From: the human T2T-CHM13v2.0 reference genome, Homo sapiens
Reading direction: 5' to 3' (one strand)
NCBI RefSeq assembly: GCF_009914755.1
Contig: NC_060941.1
DNA length: 64,000 nucleotides
The notes beneath the pieces were generated by a model, which was not told the DNA's origin, ran no database searches, and saw only the letters and a list, made by a program, of their open reading frames with translations. Shown piece after piece: positions 18,921 through 32,469 of this stretch. Position 1 is the first letter of the stretch, and every line of letters starts with the position of its first letter. A program made the position numbers and the translations under genes.

Positions 18921-21531
18921 GGTTTATTATTTTTTCCTCAGTGCCGTGGAGGCGCACAGGGCTGCTGCACCCGTTAGGGTGGCCCTGGGTCCTACAGCCC
19001 CGGGGACACGGTGCACAGCACTTGCGTAGGGTGGTCCTGAGTGTGCACGCTGCTACGTCGCTCAGGCTTATGTGCCTTAAGCAGTTGCATAGTTTAGGCA
19101 CAGTGCTGCTTCTCAAAGTGAATTCTACTTGGAGCCACTTATATATAGATTAGATTTTATAATGTGTAATATGAAGAGGAGCCTGGAGGTATACTTAATT
19201 TAGGAATTATATTATTTTTGGTTTGGGTTTTAAAGTATTTGAATGCCTGTTAAACCAATTCTGTAGTGGCTAGAGGTTCAAAATTTGTAGTATTTATGAA
19301 AAATACTCATTCTAAGTCTGCTTCCTTTTATAATTTAGGTATATACACTCTCTGTTCAGAATTCCTCAATACAACGCATTAAATATTGTTCCGAGGTCTT
19401 CTGAGCCCCGTTCTCAGTGGTGGCCGTGAGCTAACATTTCCACATCTGTCACAATGTTGTTTGCAGTTTGTCGGGAGGCGCTCTGCAGCCAGGCAGATGG
19501 AGGGGCCGCTAGGCAGGATGTTGCGAGTCTGTGAGGGCATCAATCCCCCGTTTCTGGCATAGATTTAATTGTTTGGTTCAACTGGGAAGCCATATATTAA
19601 CTTCTACTTCAACCCATCCTGATCTCTCCACAGATGCTAGTTTTATACAGGCCTATTTTTCTCTGAAATTGAGCCTGAGAGACAAAAATCCACACTTGGG
19701 CTGTCATAGATTTTGGTAAATTGAGTCTTGTGACTGATTGGTGCCTCCTGCCTGCCCCGTGATCCTGTATGTAGTAACCACGTCGTGATCACAGGTCATG
19801 GATTGGGGAAAGTTGCCTCCAAAGATGTGGGTGTCTGTTTTTCACTCCACTTTCCATTTGGCCAAAAATTCAACACTTCAGTTTCTGTTTCAAAAAAGTA
19901 ACAAAGAATTAAAAGGAAAAAAGCAGTAAGAAAGTTTGGGCCATGGTGGTGCTCTGGTACCCGCCTTCCTGTTTCTGCCTGTGTCGCTCTGGCTGGGCAG
20001 GGTCCGGGCATGGCAGCCCTCCCCTCTCTCCTCCCCCTCTGCCATGGGGGCCTGTGGTTCAGCTGCCAGGCGGGAACTGAAGAGCAGCCCCGGGCGCTGC
20101 AGCTTCCTGTCCTGCCCATCACGGTCAGGGACGCCGGTGTCCGTTCCTTCTACTCCAAGTCTGTCCCGAGTTTGAATGTTCAGATGCCACCAGCAGCTCT
20201 TTAGGGTCTGGACCAAACGTCTGATTTTTCCTCTACTAACCTGATATGTTTCTCATGGCCTTTCTCGCCTTTTTGCCATGTGTGATAGCTGTTCCTGTTC
20301 CTTGGACTGGATTTTCACGGGCTCGCTGGCAAGCAGGTCCTGCATAGCATGCTCAGCATGTAGCTGTGCTCCGCGTCTGCCGGATGAACACACGAGCCGG
20401 TCATGGGCCACGTCAGCAATGTTCTCGACCTTTGTAAGCTTCGAGAATGTGCTGTGTGTACAGAAGGACGCGCAGCCAAGTATGCGGTGGAATATCCAGA
20501 AACAACACGGGGCTTGTCGGGTGCAGACGGGGCGCCTCACCGGCCCGGCGCAGCCCCGCTCGCCCCTCTGGCCTCCCCCGCAGTTCCCCTTTCCTGGTTG
20601 TGCAGCATGCACTCGCTTGCCTTTTTCTTTTCTCACAGTTTTATCAACTGTTTGTGCATCCCCGAAATAATACAGCTTTGCCTGGTGTGGAAACGTATAT
20701 AAACATTATCATAGTATCTGCGCTCTTTTGTGTCTTGTAAGACACCCGAGATCGATTCTGTTGCCGTGTGTAGCGGCGGTTATTCTTGCTGTTGTCGTGA
20801 GCCATTGAATACAGTGTCGAACACTTGGGTTGCCCAGTGTGTGTGTATGATGAATAGTGCTGCTATAAGTGTTTTTATATATGAATTTTGGTTAGCACCT
20901 GTGTGGATTTTCGGGAGGTAGTTGCCTAGGAGTGGAATTGCGTAGTAATCGGGTTGGGTTTTAGCTGAGGTTGTTTCTGCTGCACCACACTCCGGCCCAC
21001 ACTGTTACGCATTTTTACTGTGTTCATTCCTGTGGGTATGTATTATATCATGGCTGTAATTTACTTCCCCCTGGCCCCGACTTTGAAAAGTTGTATTTAT
21101 TTATGAGATACAATGTGATGTTTTGATAGATATATACATTGGGGAATGATTAAATCGAGCTTATTAACAACCATCACCACACATATGTATCTTTTTTTTT
21201 TTTGGTGGTGAGACCATTTGCAATCTCTTTGCAATTTTAAAATATATAGTGTTATTAACTATAGTCAGCATGCTGCATAGTAGATCTCTGAACTTACTCT
21301 CTGTCCAACTGAAGGCTTGTGCCTTTTGACCAACATCTCCCCTACCCCTTCCACCCACTAACCTCTGGTGACCACCATTCTACTCTGCTTCTGTGAGTTT
21401 CGTTTTTTTAGATTTCTCATGTAAGTGACATCATGTGGTGTTTGTCCTTCTGTGGCTTATTTCACTTAACGTAATGTCCTCCTGGTTCATCCATGTTGTT
21501 GCAAATGACAGGATTTCCTTCTTTTTTTTAA

Positions 21532-21877
<346 letters not shown>

Positions 21878-23577
21878 TATCCACTCATTTTTTGTTGGAC
21901 ACCTTGGTACATTCCATATCTCGGCTATTGTGAACCACACTGCAATGAACATGGGTATGCAGATGTGTCTTGAACATGCCGATTTCAATTCCTTTGGATA
22001 TATATACCCAGAGGCAGAATTGCTGGATTCTATATGGAAGTTCTGTTTTTCATTTTCATTTTCTTCATGACTAATGAAATTACACACCTTTTCATACTCT
22101 TACTGGTGATTTTGTTAGGATCTTTTGTGATGTACCTGTTGAGGATTTTTGCCCTTTTCCTGTTGTATTGTTTCTTATTGATTTGTAGGAATTCTTTAAA
22201 CATTCTGGATAACGTCCTTTTAAAATGTGTTTATATGTGGAACATTTCTTGTCCTGTGAAACATCTCTGTGATGCAATATTTCAGTCTTTTTATGGTCTC
22301 TCTTGATAAACAGAAATATGTAGTTCTATTCTAGTTTAATGTGTAAGTGCTTTCCCTGTGTTTTATGCTTGTGTTGAAATATTTTCCAACCTTAAGGTCA
22401 AGATTTTGTCCCATAATGTACCCTAAAAGCTTCATAGTTTTGTTTTTTACATTTAGGTCCCTAACGAGGGTGACTGCCAGTCCCTGTGTGCCCAGGGCAG
22501 TCCTAGGGATGAATAATTACCATGTATTAATAATCACGCCAGTCTATGGCCCATCCGGCATTGGCTTTGCATATGGTATGAAGTAAGGGCCCAGTTTTGC
22601 TCTGTTGCATATGAATTTTAATTTGTCCCAGCTCCTTTCACTTGCAGGGACTATGATGACTCCTCTGCAGGCCGTCTTTGCGGGAACTAAGGGCTGAGAC
22701 GCGCCTGGGTCTGTTTCTGGCCCTTTGTGCTGTTCCGGGGGTACTTCTCTCTGTGTGCCAGCTTCACACTCCTGTCTCTGTGGCTGCTGATGGTCTGAAA
22801 AAGCACATCTCCCCATTTGGATCCTCCAGAGTTTCTTGACTCCCTGTGTCCCTTTGCATTTCCATAGAAATTTTAAAATCGGTGGGTCAAGTTCACTGAG
22901 AGGCAGAAAAACATATTGAGGCTTTGATTGTGATTTAATCATATCTGTAGGTCCATAGATCATTTAGGCAGAGACTTGACATCTTTTCAATATTAATTTT
23001 TCTAATTTTTCATGTAGAAGTTTTTCACATCTTTTGTTAGATTTATTCTTAGATACTTTTGTTAGATATATTCCCAGAATTTTAAAATGCTATTTTGATG
23101 AGTCTTAGAAATTGTGTGTTGTTTGTTCTGGTGCATAGGAATGCAGTATACAGTTTTTGTTTTGTTTTTTTTCAATCGACTGATTTGTATCCAGCAACCT
23201 TACAGAATATTTTAATTTGAATATTCACATATTTATTTGGATTTCTATAAACACAGTCATGGTCTTCTGTAAATAATGACAGTCCCTCCTACCCCATCTT
23301 TATACTTTCTCTCTTTTTTCTATCTGTGCTACACTGACCAGGACTAGTGTTGAATAAATGTGGGGGCATCCTTAACTTTTTTCTTATCCCAAAGGGGAAC
23401 ACATTTACCCTATTAAATACGATTTTTTGGGCTAATTTCGTAGGCAATCTCCATCAGATTAAGGAAGGTTTCTTTCTTGCTTATAAGCGTTATTTCTTTA
23501 ATGAGTGGTTATTGAATTTTAGTAAATGCTTTTTTGTGCATCTATCAAGATGATCATATGCTTTTTCTCCTTTAATT

Positions 23578-24082
23578 TGTTAGCATGGTAAAGTAGGCAT
23601 GCAGGTATGCGCACATGCGTGCACACAGTGTCTTTAATGGTTGAGCTGTGTGTTAGCATGGTGAAGGAGGCATGCAGGTATGCACACATGCGTGCACACA
23701 GTGTCTTTAATGGTTGGGCCGTGTGTTAGCATGGTGAAGGAAGCACGCAGGTATGCGCACATGCATGCACACAGTGTCTTTAATGGTTGAGCCGTGTGTT
23801 AGCATGGTGAAGTAGGCATGCAGGTATGCGCACACACGTGCACACAGTGTCTTTAATGGTTTAGCCGTGTGTTAGCATGGTAAAGTAGGCATGCAGGTAT
23901 GCGCACATGCGTGCACACAGTGTCTTTAATGGTTGAGCTGTGTGTTAGCATGGTGAAGGAGGCATGCAGGTATGCGCACATGCGTGCACACAGTGTCTTT
24001 AATGGTTGGGCCGTGTGTTAGCATGGTGAAGGAGGCATGCAGGTATGCGCACATGCGTGCACACAGTGTCTTTAATGGTTGG
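23578..24082. repeat. Minisatellite, 73-bp unit x ~7, embedded in an old L1
   Basis: tagcatgg recurs at 23581, 23654, 23727, 23800, 23873, 23946, 24019. Confidence 0.97.
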
Positions 24083-24564
24083 GGCTGCCTTGCATTTCAG
24101 GTATAATCTGTCTACACTTTTTATGCATTTCTGGGTTTGGTTTAATATTTTTGTAACTCTTTTTTTAAAGTAAGTGACCTGTAATTTTTTCCTGTACAGT
24201 TTTTGTTGGGTTTTAACACCAAGGTCATGCTATTCCAAAAATATGAGTTTGAGGAGTGTTTTTCTATTTTTTTTCTGCCTCTGGCTTTTAGCAAGATTTG
24301 TAGAACTTCCAGTTACTCATCTGGGTCTTGAGTTTTCTCTGTGGAATGATTTTTTTAAATTATGATTTGTTTCTAAAATGATTATCATGTCTTCTATGCC
24401 TTTATGAGTCAGTTTTGGTGAGTTGTGTTTTTCTAGTACTTGTCTTTTTCTTTGTTACTTAAAAAGTTTAGTGGCATAGAGTTGTTCAAAGTCACCTCTT
24501 GTCAATGTGGATAGTTCTCTCTTTTAGAATTCTGTACCGTGGTTTTGCCTGCCTGCCTGCCCGG

Positions 24565-24760
24565 CCCCCTCCCCTCCCCTCCCTTCCCCTCCCCTCCCCT
24601 CCCCTCCCTTCCCCTCCCCTCTCCTCCCCTCTCCTCCCATCTCCTCCCCTCTCCTCCCCTCTCCTCCCCTCTCCTCCCCTCTCCTCCCCTCTCCTCCCTT
24701 CCCTTCTGTTCCCTTCCCCTCCTCTCCTTCTTTCTTTTCTTTCTCTCCTTCTTTTTTTTG
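24565..24760. repeat. Polypyrimidine (CCCCT/CTCCT)n low-complexity tract
   Basis: ~190 bp essentially purine-free on + strand. Confidence 0.93.
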
Positions 24761-24789
24761 GAGACAGAGTTTTGTTCTTTCTTTCCTTC

Positions 24790-25108
<319 letters not shown>

Positions 25109-26186
25109 TAGTCTTACTAGAGCAGGCATGGGGATGATAGTGAAAATGTTGCTTTTTATGAATAAAGCACAGAAGTGTGTGCAGTGCACAAACAGAAACA
25201 TCATATACCTGCGATGTCAACATTTCATGGGAGGGGGATTAGGGAAAAGATTAGGGGAAAGATTGGGCGATAATAAAATAGAGGTTGAGAGTCACTGCAT
25301 GAGAGGCTGGTTCTTTTCAGGGAACCAGCTTGTGGCTTTGTGGATCTTCTTTGTTATCTGTTTGCTTTCATTCTGTCAGCTTTGGATCCTTCCTTCCTTT
25401 TACTTTCTCTGGGTCTGTCTTCTTGTGATGGATGCTTACTCATCCTCAGCTTTCTTTCTTCTCTTACATTTGTATTAATGGCTATACTTTTCCCTCCCAG
25501 TGCAGCTTTGCTTTTTCCCACTGGGTTTTATTTGTCTCTCTCATTTGAAGTAGGCTGGAGCGAGTGTGGCCTAGTTCAGAAATAGAAGGCTGGTTTGGCT
25601 GTAGCTGTGAGTGAGGAGGAGAGCAGTAGATTAGGTAGGAGAGAGAGGCCTAGACTAAATTGTGTCTGGGCTTGCAGACCTGGGTAAGGAACTAAATACA
25701 ACTCAGGTGTGCTAGAGATCCGCTGTGTGGTTTCATGCAGGGGGTGTTGTGATCTGCTTTATATTTAAGAGACTAGAGTAAGGGATCGTAGGGGTAGGAG
25801 TGGAAGGGAGAAGAGTGCTCAGAGGCTGCTCTAGTGCAGGGGCAAGACGCTGGAGGCTTGCCCTGGGTGTGATGGCAGTGGGAGGACAGGTTCTGGATTT
25901 GTGTGCATCTGGGAAGGGAACAGGATATGACTGCCCAGTTCAGCAAGCTCGTTTAGGATACTTTTATTGGGCAGCTCATTAACTGTTCTCTGTGGCCCAG
26001 TGGATCTCAGTAAGCTGGAGCTTTGTAATTTTCACTTATCTCTATGATTGTTTAGTGTCCTAACAGAATGGGAGATTTATTTGGGTAAAGAGGGCCTAGA
26101 AACATTTAAGTATTCCCGTGATGCTGGCCATAAATACAGAAAATTTGGTGCAGTATGTCTTCACATTCCTACAAATTTAGTGTAGT

Positions 26187-27404
26187 TCAGTTCTCAAACC
26201 ATGCTGGTAGTATCCTGGGGGTCTTCAGGACCCTTTTGGGGGTTTGTGAGGTCGGTTGCTAGGACAGGCCTGCGTTTCCCTGGCGCCTGGATCTGCACTG
26301 ATGGCGGGCGCAATGGTGGGCAGTGCTGTCGGAGTCTTAGTGGCTCCCAGTTGACCCAGTCGTTGCATCCATGATAGCCTCATAACTGGCCGCAAAAACA
26401 CACTACTTGTGTCAAATCTGGGCCCTTCTGCACGTGTTTTTACCCCACTGAGTGCCTTTGCACAGACTGCGATCTGCTGGTTGCTGAGGGACAGGCACTA
26501 GTGGGATCCGGGAGGGGCCTGTTGGTTTTCCCCGTGGGATGCTGCTTTTCCCTGAAAGAATAAGAGACAGGATGAAGTGAGCTTGTCACTTCAAGGAAAA
26601 CAACTGATGGCAATTGTTGCCAGTGATAAAAATTGAGCTTTCAACTGTAAATTAAATTAGAATTTTAAAAAACCTGTGTCTTCCACGGTGAACTTGTCAG
26701 GTTACCAGCCTGTTCTGAGGCCTGTTCTGATGAGACCGCGGCGGCCATGCTGGGTGTGTTTGATGCTGCAGAAGAGCTCTGCACAGCTCGGTGAGCCCAT
26801 CTTTCCACATGACCAGTGCGTGCTGTTACAACACCATGTGTGGGTAAAGAGCCACTTCAAGCACCAGCTAGGACAGAGGGTCTCAATGTAACAGAGTATG
26901 AAAAAGCTACTGAAACAGTTTCCTTATCCAACAAACCGCTTGTGGAGTTTTGGTGTGTATCAAACAATACTGACAATTATTTCAAAAGACTACGTATACA
27001 TGTGCAGCTCCATATGTGATGCTGGATTTTCTTCCTGTGCTTCAGTTGAATCAATGTATTACAGCAGATTAAATACAATTGCAAAGGTGAGAATCCAGTG
27101 ACTTCTATTCCTGAGCCAGACAGTAAAGAGATTTGCAACAATGAAAAACATTGCCACTCTTTTCACTAAAATTTTTTGTTTGGGAAAATAGTTTCATTTT
27201 TAATAAAAATGTCATTCATGTTAACCTGTAACAGGCTTTTTATTGTTAATTTGAAATGAATTAATACAAATGAGAAGACCCTCATTTCAATGTATAACAT
27301 GGTAACATTTGGTAGTGATAATTGGGAAGGGGCGTCTTTGGACTCCTCCGTGATTCTAAAGAGTGTGAAGGGACCTTGAGACTGAAAAATCCGAGAACTA
27401 CCGG
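26187..27404. mobile_element. hAT-Charlie DNA transposon relic (Charlie1a-like)
   Basis: Left end cagttctcaaac...caggacccttttgggggtttgtgaggtc, right end gagtgtgaagggaccttgagactgaaaaatccgagaactaccg; degenerate terminal inverted repeats. Confidence 0.7.
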
Positions 27405-27411
27405 TTTATAG

Positions 27412-27808
<397 letters not shown>

Positions 27809-28404
27809 GTGCAGTTCTTTAAACGTAGGAAATGACCTTTGAGTTTTGAGTTCGATACCAGCGTTTCTACTATTAAAGGTGGACTTTCTCTGTCAATGTT
27901 CTTGGAATCTTATGCTTTCCACGAAGTCCTTGCACTTGTGCAGAACTGTATCCCCTTAGCCATGTGAACTGCACGGAGCAACGCTGTTGCAGGATTTCCT
28001 TCTGCCTCACTCAGAACATATGTGCTCTGTGTGTGAAGAAGCTCGTCAGGCTGTGAGCACAGCTCAAGAATAAAGCCTTTAGAACTCAGCAGAGAGAACC
28101 AGCCATTACTGAAAATGGAATGTTTTAATTAAAAATATCCATCACCGGGTGGCTCTTCTTTTCCTTTATTTCTCAAGTGTGGCAAATGTTAATAACAGTG
28201 GCTGCACTGTGGCTCCATGGTAAATTGCCAGTTGGTGAGTAGGATTTCTCCCATGAAGCTTAGAGATGAACCCCTGCAACATCTGTTCTTGTGACAACGA
28301 ATCCCTTTTTTACTTTGGCTTATGCATATTTCAGAGGTTAGAGACAGGAGGCTCCTTCTAAAAGTGTTCAGTAACTGCCTGGGCTGATGTGTGTGCCTGA
28401 GAGT

Positions 28405-28515
28405 CAGAGAGAGAGAGGGAGAAAGAGAATGGGGGCTAAGGGGAACAAGAAGGGAGAGAGAGAGAGAGAGGGAGAGAGAATGGGCACTAGGGAGAAGAGA
28501 AAGAGAGAGAGAGAC
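28405..28515. repeat. (GA)-rich polypurine tract
   Basis: Interrupted (AG)n runs. Confidence 0.85.
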
Positions 28516-28889
28516 GGGGAATGGGTGGGAGCATATGAATTCATTGGTAACCCTTTCACTTTCTTTTCTTCCTGTATTAATTGATGGGTTGACCTTATTA
28601 AGTGGGTTGATTTTGGGGTTTCTACTGCAGTGTAACAATGAGCATGCAGATGGATTTTCTGATTGTTTACAAGGAAATCAACCTTTACACTAGCTCCAGC
28701 TTTTTTCTTAAACATCTAGTTCTATTAGAAAAAAAGCAAAAGCACAGCAGATAGAAGTCTTGAAGCCTGCAGTAAAACACTGTGGCTTTCCATTGTGAGG
28801 ACGTGCCTGTTCTTTATTACACACAGGCTGCTTCTGTGATCTGCTGAGTTGGGCAGTGTCATCTTAGCAGACAGGGTTTTTCCCCCCCC

Positions 28890-29170
28890 TTAGATGGGGT
28901 CTCGCTCATTCGCCCAGGCTAGAGTGCGGTGGCATGATCATGGCTCACTGCAGCCTCAACCTCCTGGGCTCAGGTGATCCTCCCACCTCAGCCTTCTGAG
29001 TAGCAGGGACCACAGGTGTGCACCACCAACATCTGGCTAGTTTTTAAAATATTTGTAGAGACCAGGGCTCTCTGTGTTGCCCAGGCTGGTCTCAAACTCC
29101 TGGGCTCAAGCAATCCTCCAACTTCGGCCTCCCAAAGTGTTGGGATTTTGGGCATGAGCCATCGTGCCCA
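28890..29170 (-). mobile_element. AluJ
   Basis: Antisense Alu consensus. Confidence 0.85.
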
Positions 29171-30949
29171 GTGGCAGGAGGGTTTTTATGTACATGTGCT
29201 TGCCCTTTGTCAGGGGGGTGGGGTGTGGCTTTGGTTTTGATATTTTCACTGGTACTGCCAGGCTATTTTGATTCTTCTTATAGGAGTCTTGACCGTCAAC
29301 CACCTGCCATGCTGTTTGGGATGCAGTGTTTTGAGGATATCCCTGGGGACTTTACTAAATGGACCTATACAAGTTGATAGGCCTTGACAACTTTTCTCTT
29401 ACTGTAGTTTTTGTTTTATTACCATTTAAAACTAAAGGCTAGGGAGATGAGCCGTCCTAGATTGAACGTGCTTATTAGCGTGGATATGTTGTGAAGAAAT
29501 GCACGTTGGAAAACATTGTCCTCCAGAAGCAATTAACTTGGCAGCTATTTTGTTTACATTTTCTATGATTAATATTTACATTTTATTTTAAGAAAATTGG
29601 TTTTTTGCTGCCTTGATCTCATGCTCACATTTTCCTGGTTGAGATTGGAACCAATAAGTAAAGAAAATTGACCTATCAACCCTTTTAAATGTTAGAAACC
29701 TAAGTCAGAGAGAACTGTGTTAAAAGAACTGTGTTTATCTTTTTGGTTAAACCTGTTGTAACACTGTGTGGTTAAATTTTCCCTTTGTGCTCTCTTCCCC
29801 TAATCGTTCAAAGGATAGTGGGCACTATTAGGTTCGACTTTTTTTTTTAAATGTTTATCTTAGTGGTGGGTCCTCTTATGGGCTAGTCATTTGTGGGCAT
29901 AGGTTGGGGTGTGCAGGGTTTATGGCTAATTATAGGATCATATGTAGTGGTTCTCTGTGATCAGGAGAAGGATACCAAGGTTTCTATTTTACTTATTTAT
30001 TAGGTTGTGTAACTTTTTTCTTTTATTCTTTTATGCTTGATGATGGTGTTGGTGTTTAGGAACCCCTGTTTAGAAAGCATTTTGGAGAAAACCTGATGCA
30101 ATTTTAATTTTGATGATGTCGATATCTCATTAGATAAGGCCTTGATAAAATAACACCTTTTTCTCTTATTTCAATGGATCCAAAGAGAGGCTAGCTTGGA
30201 AGTGGAGTGGTGGTGATCAGGAAGGGACTCACCACCACGCCACAGGGTTGTCACATATTTTCCTCAAAGCAAAATGTAATTTCCTCTTAAAAGAGGATTT
30301 AGATCCTGGCATTTTAGCAGCTGTTTTTAAGGCCTGGAGCTTTGGTATTCCTGGCTGTTTTGGGAGGCAGTGCTGGACAGCCGATTCGTTCAGCAGGTGT
30401 TGATTGTGTGCTGACTTTTGTTTGGCAGTATTTGGTCTGACATGGGAGGGAGTTTGCAAGAAGCTTACAGCATCATTTCATATGGTTGGAACCCCAAGTG
30501 TGGGACTAGCACACCTAAAACAGGGACGCACAGAAAGGGAAGGCAGCTGTGATTAAACCTTGAAGCTCGTAGTACCAAGCTCAAGCCTCGGCATTTGGCA
30601 GTAGGAGAGGTGCAGAATGGTTGGGAGAGCCTCGTAGAGGGGATGGAACTTGAGCTGGGACTTGAAGAAGGCTGAGAGAAGGGACAGGGAATGCGGAGTT
30701 TAGGGAGGGTGTTCACAGAGATTTTGAGAGGAAACCGAGCATGGCTTTTTCATGGAACTGTGTGAGTGTCTGCATGGCTTGGGTGGGGATGACTAACTTG
30801 ACTCAAATTACTCATCCCTGGGCCAGACTGCGGTAGCCTGGGGACCAGGTGAAGGAATCTCAACCTTATATTGTAAAGGCAATGGGGAGCAGTGAAAGTT
30901 TTAAATAGGTGAAAGATAGGCTTTGTTTTCTCTTTTCTTTTTCTTATCC

Positions 30950-31735
<786 letters not shown>

Positions 31736-32299
31736 TTAATGGCTCTGACAACTTATTTAATAGAAGTGGTGGGGTGTGGGGCAGCCCAAGATAACAAATG
31801 TAATTTTCAGGGCAATTCATGGATGGAGGAAGAATCAATTCAGATTTCTGGGTTGTACTGTTTTTGATATTGTATTCTAAGATGGTCATTGCTTCTTATT
31901 AGGAGACAAAAAGGTTTTTAAAAATGTGAAGGTCATCTGCAGTTTTTTGGGGTGAGAGAGTCCTCAGGAACGTTCGCATTTGCAGATGCCCAAGAGCCTT
32001 GAGTCCAAGTTGCTGATCTTTTGCGCAGGGTGGTTCTGCCGCAGTCTGCGAGGCTTCTGGAGGGCCTCGTGAGCTTGCAGCTCTGTGATCCTGCTGACAA
32101 ACTGGTTTCTTTCCACATGTGGAATCTGTGTTTTCCCTGCATGGAGCAGTGAATGGGGATGTGAAAGGCACCGGACATGAAGCTGATACCGTCACAGTAG
32201 AATCCAGAAGAGCTGCTCAGTAAAACAGCTTATACATTAACTGTTCAGACGCTAGAAAAGGCTTGTATTGCTTATTGACCTTAAACTTTCTTGATTCTT

Positions 32300-32350
<51 letters not shown>
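32300..32350. repeat. (TCTA)~12 tetranucleotide STR in the tail of a partial antisense Alu (to ~32465)
   Basis: Perfect ctat run 32301-32350. Confidence 0.95.
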
Positions 32351-32352
<2 letters not shown>

Positions 32353-32469
32353 TTGAGACTGGGTCTTGCTCTGTTGCCCAGGCTGAAATGCAGTGTTGTG
32401 ATCACTGCAGCCTCAACCTCCTGAGCTCATGCAGTCCTCCCACCCCAGCCCCCCGGGAAGCTGGCAGAT

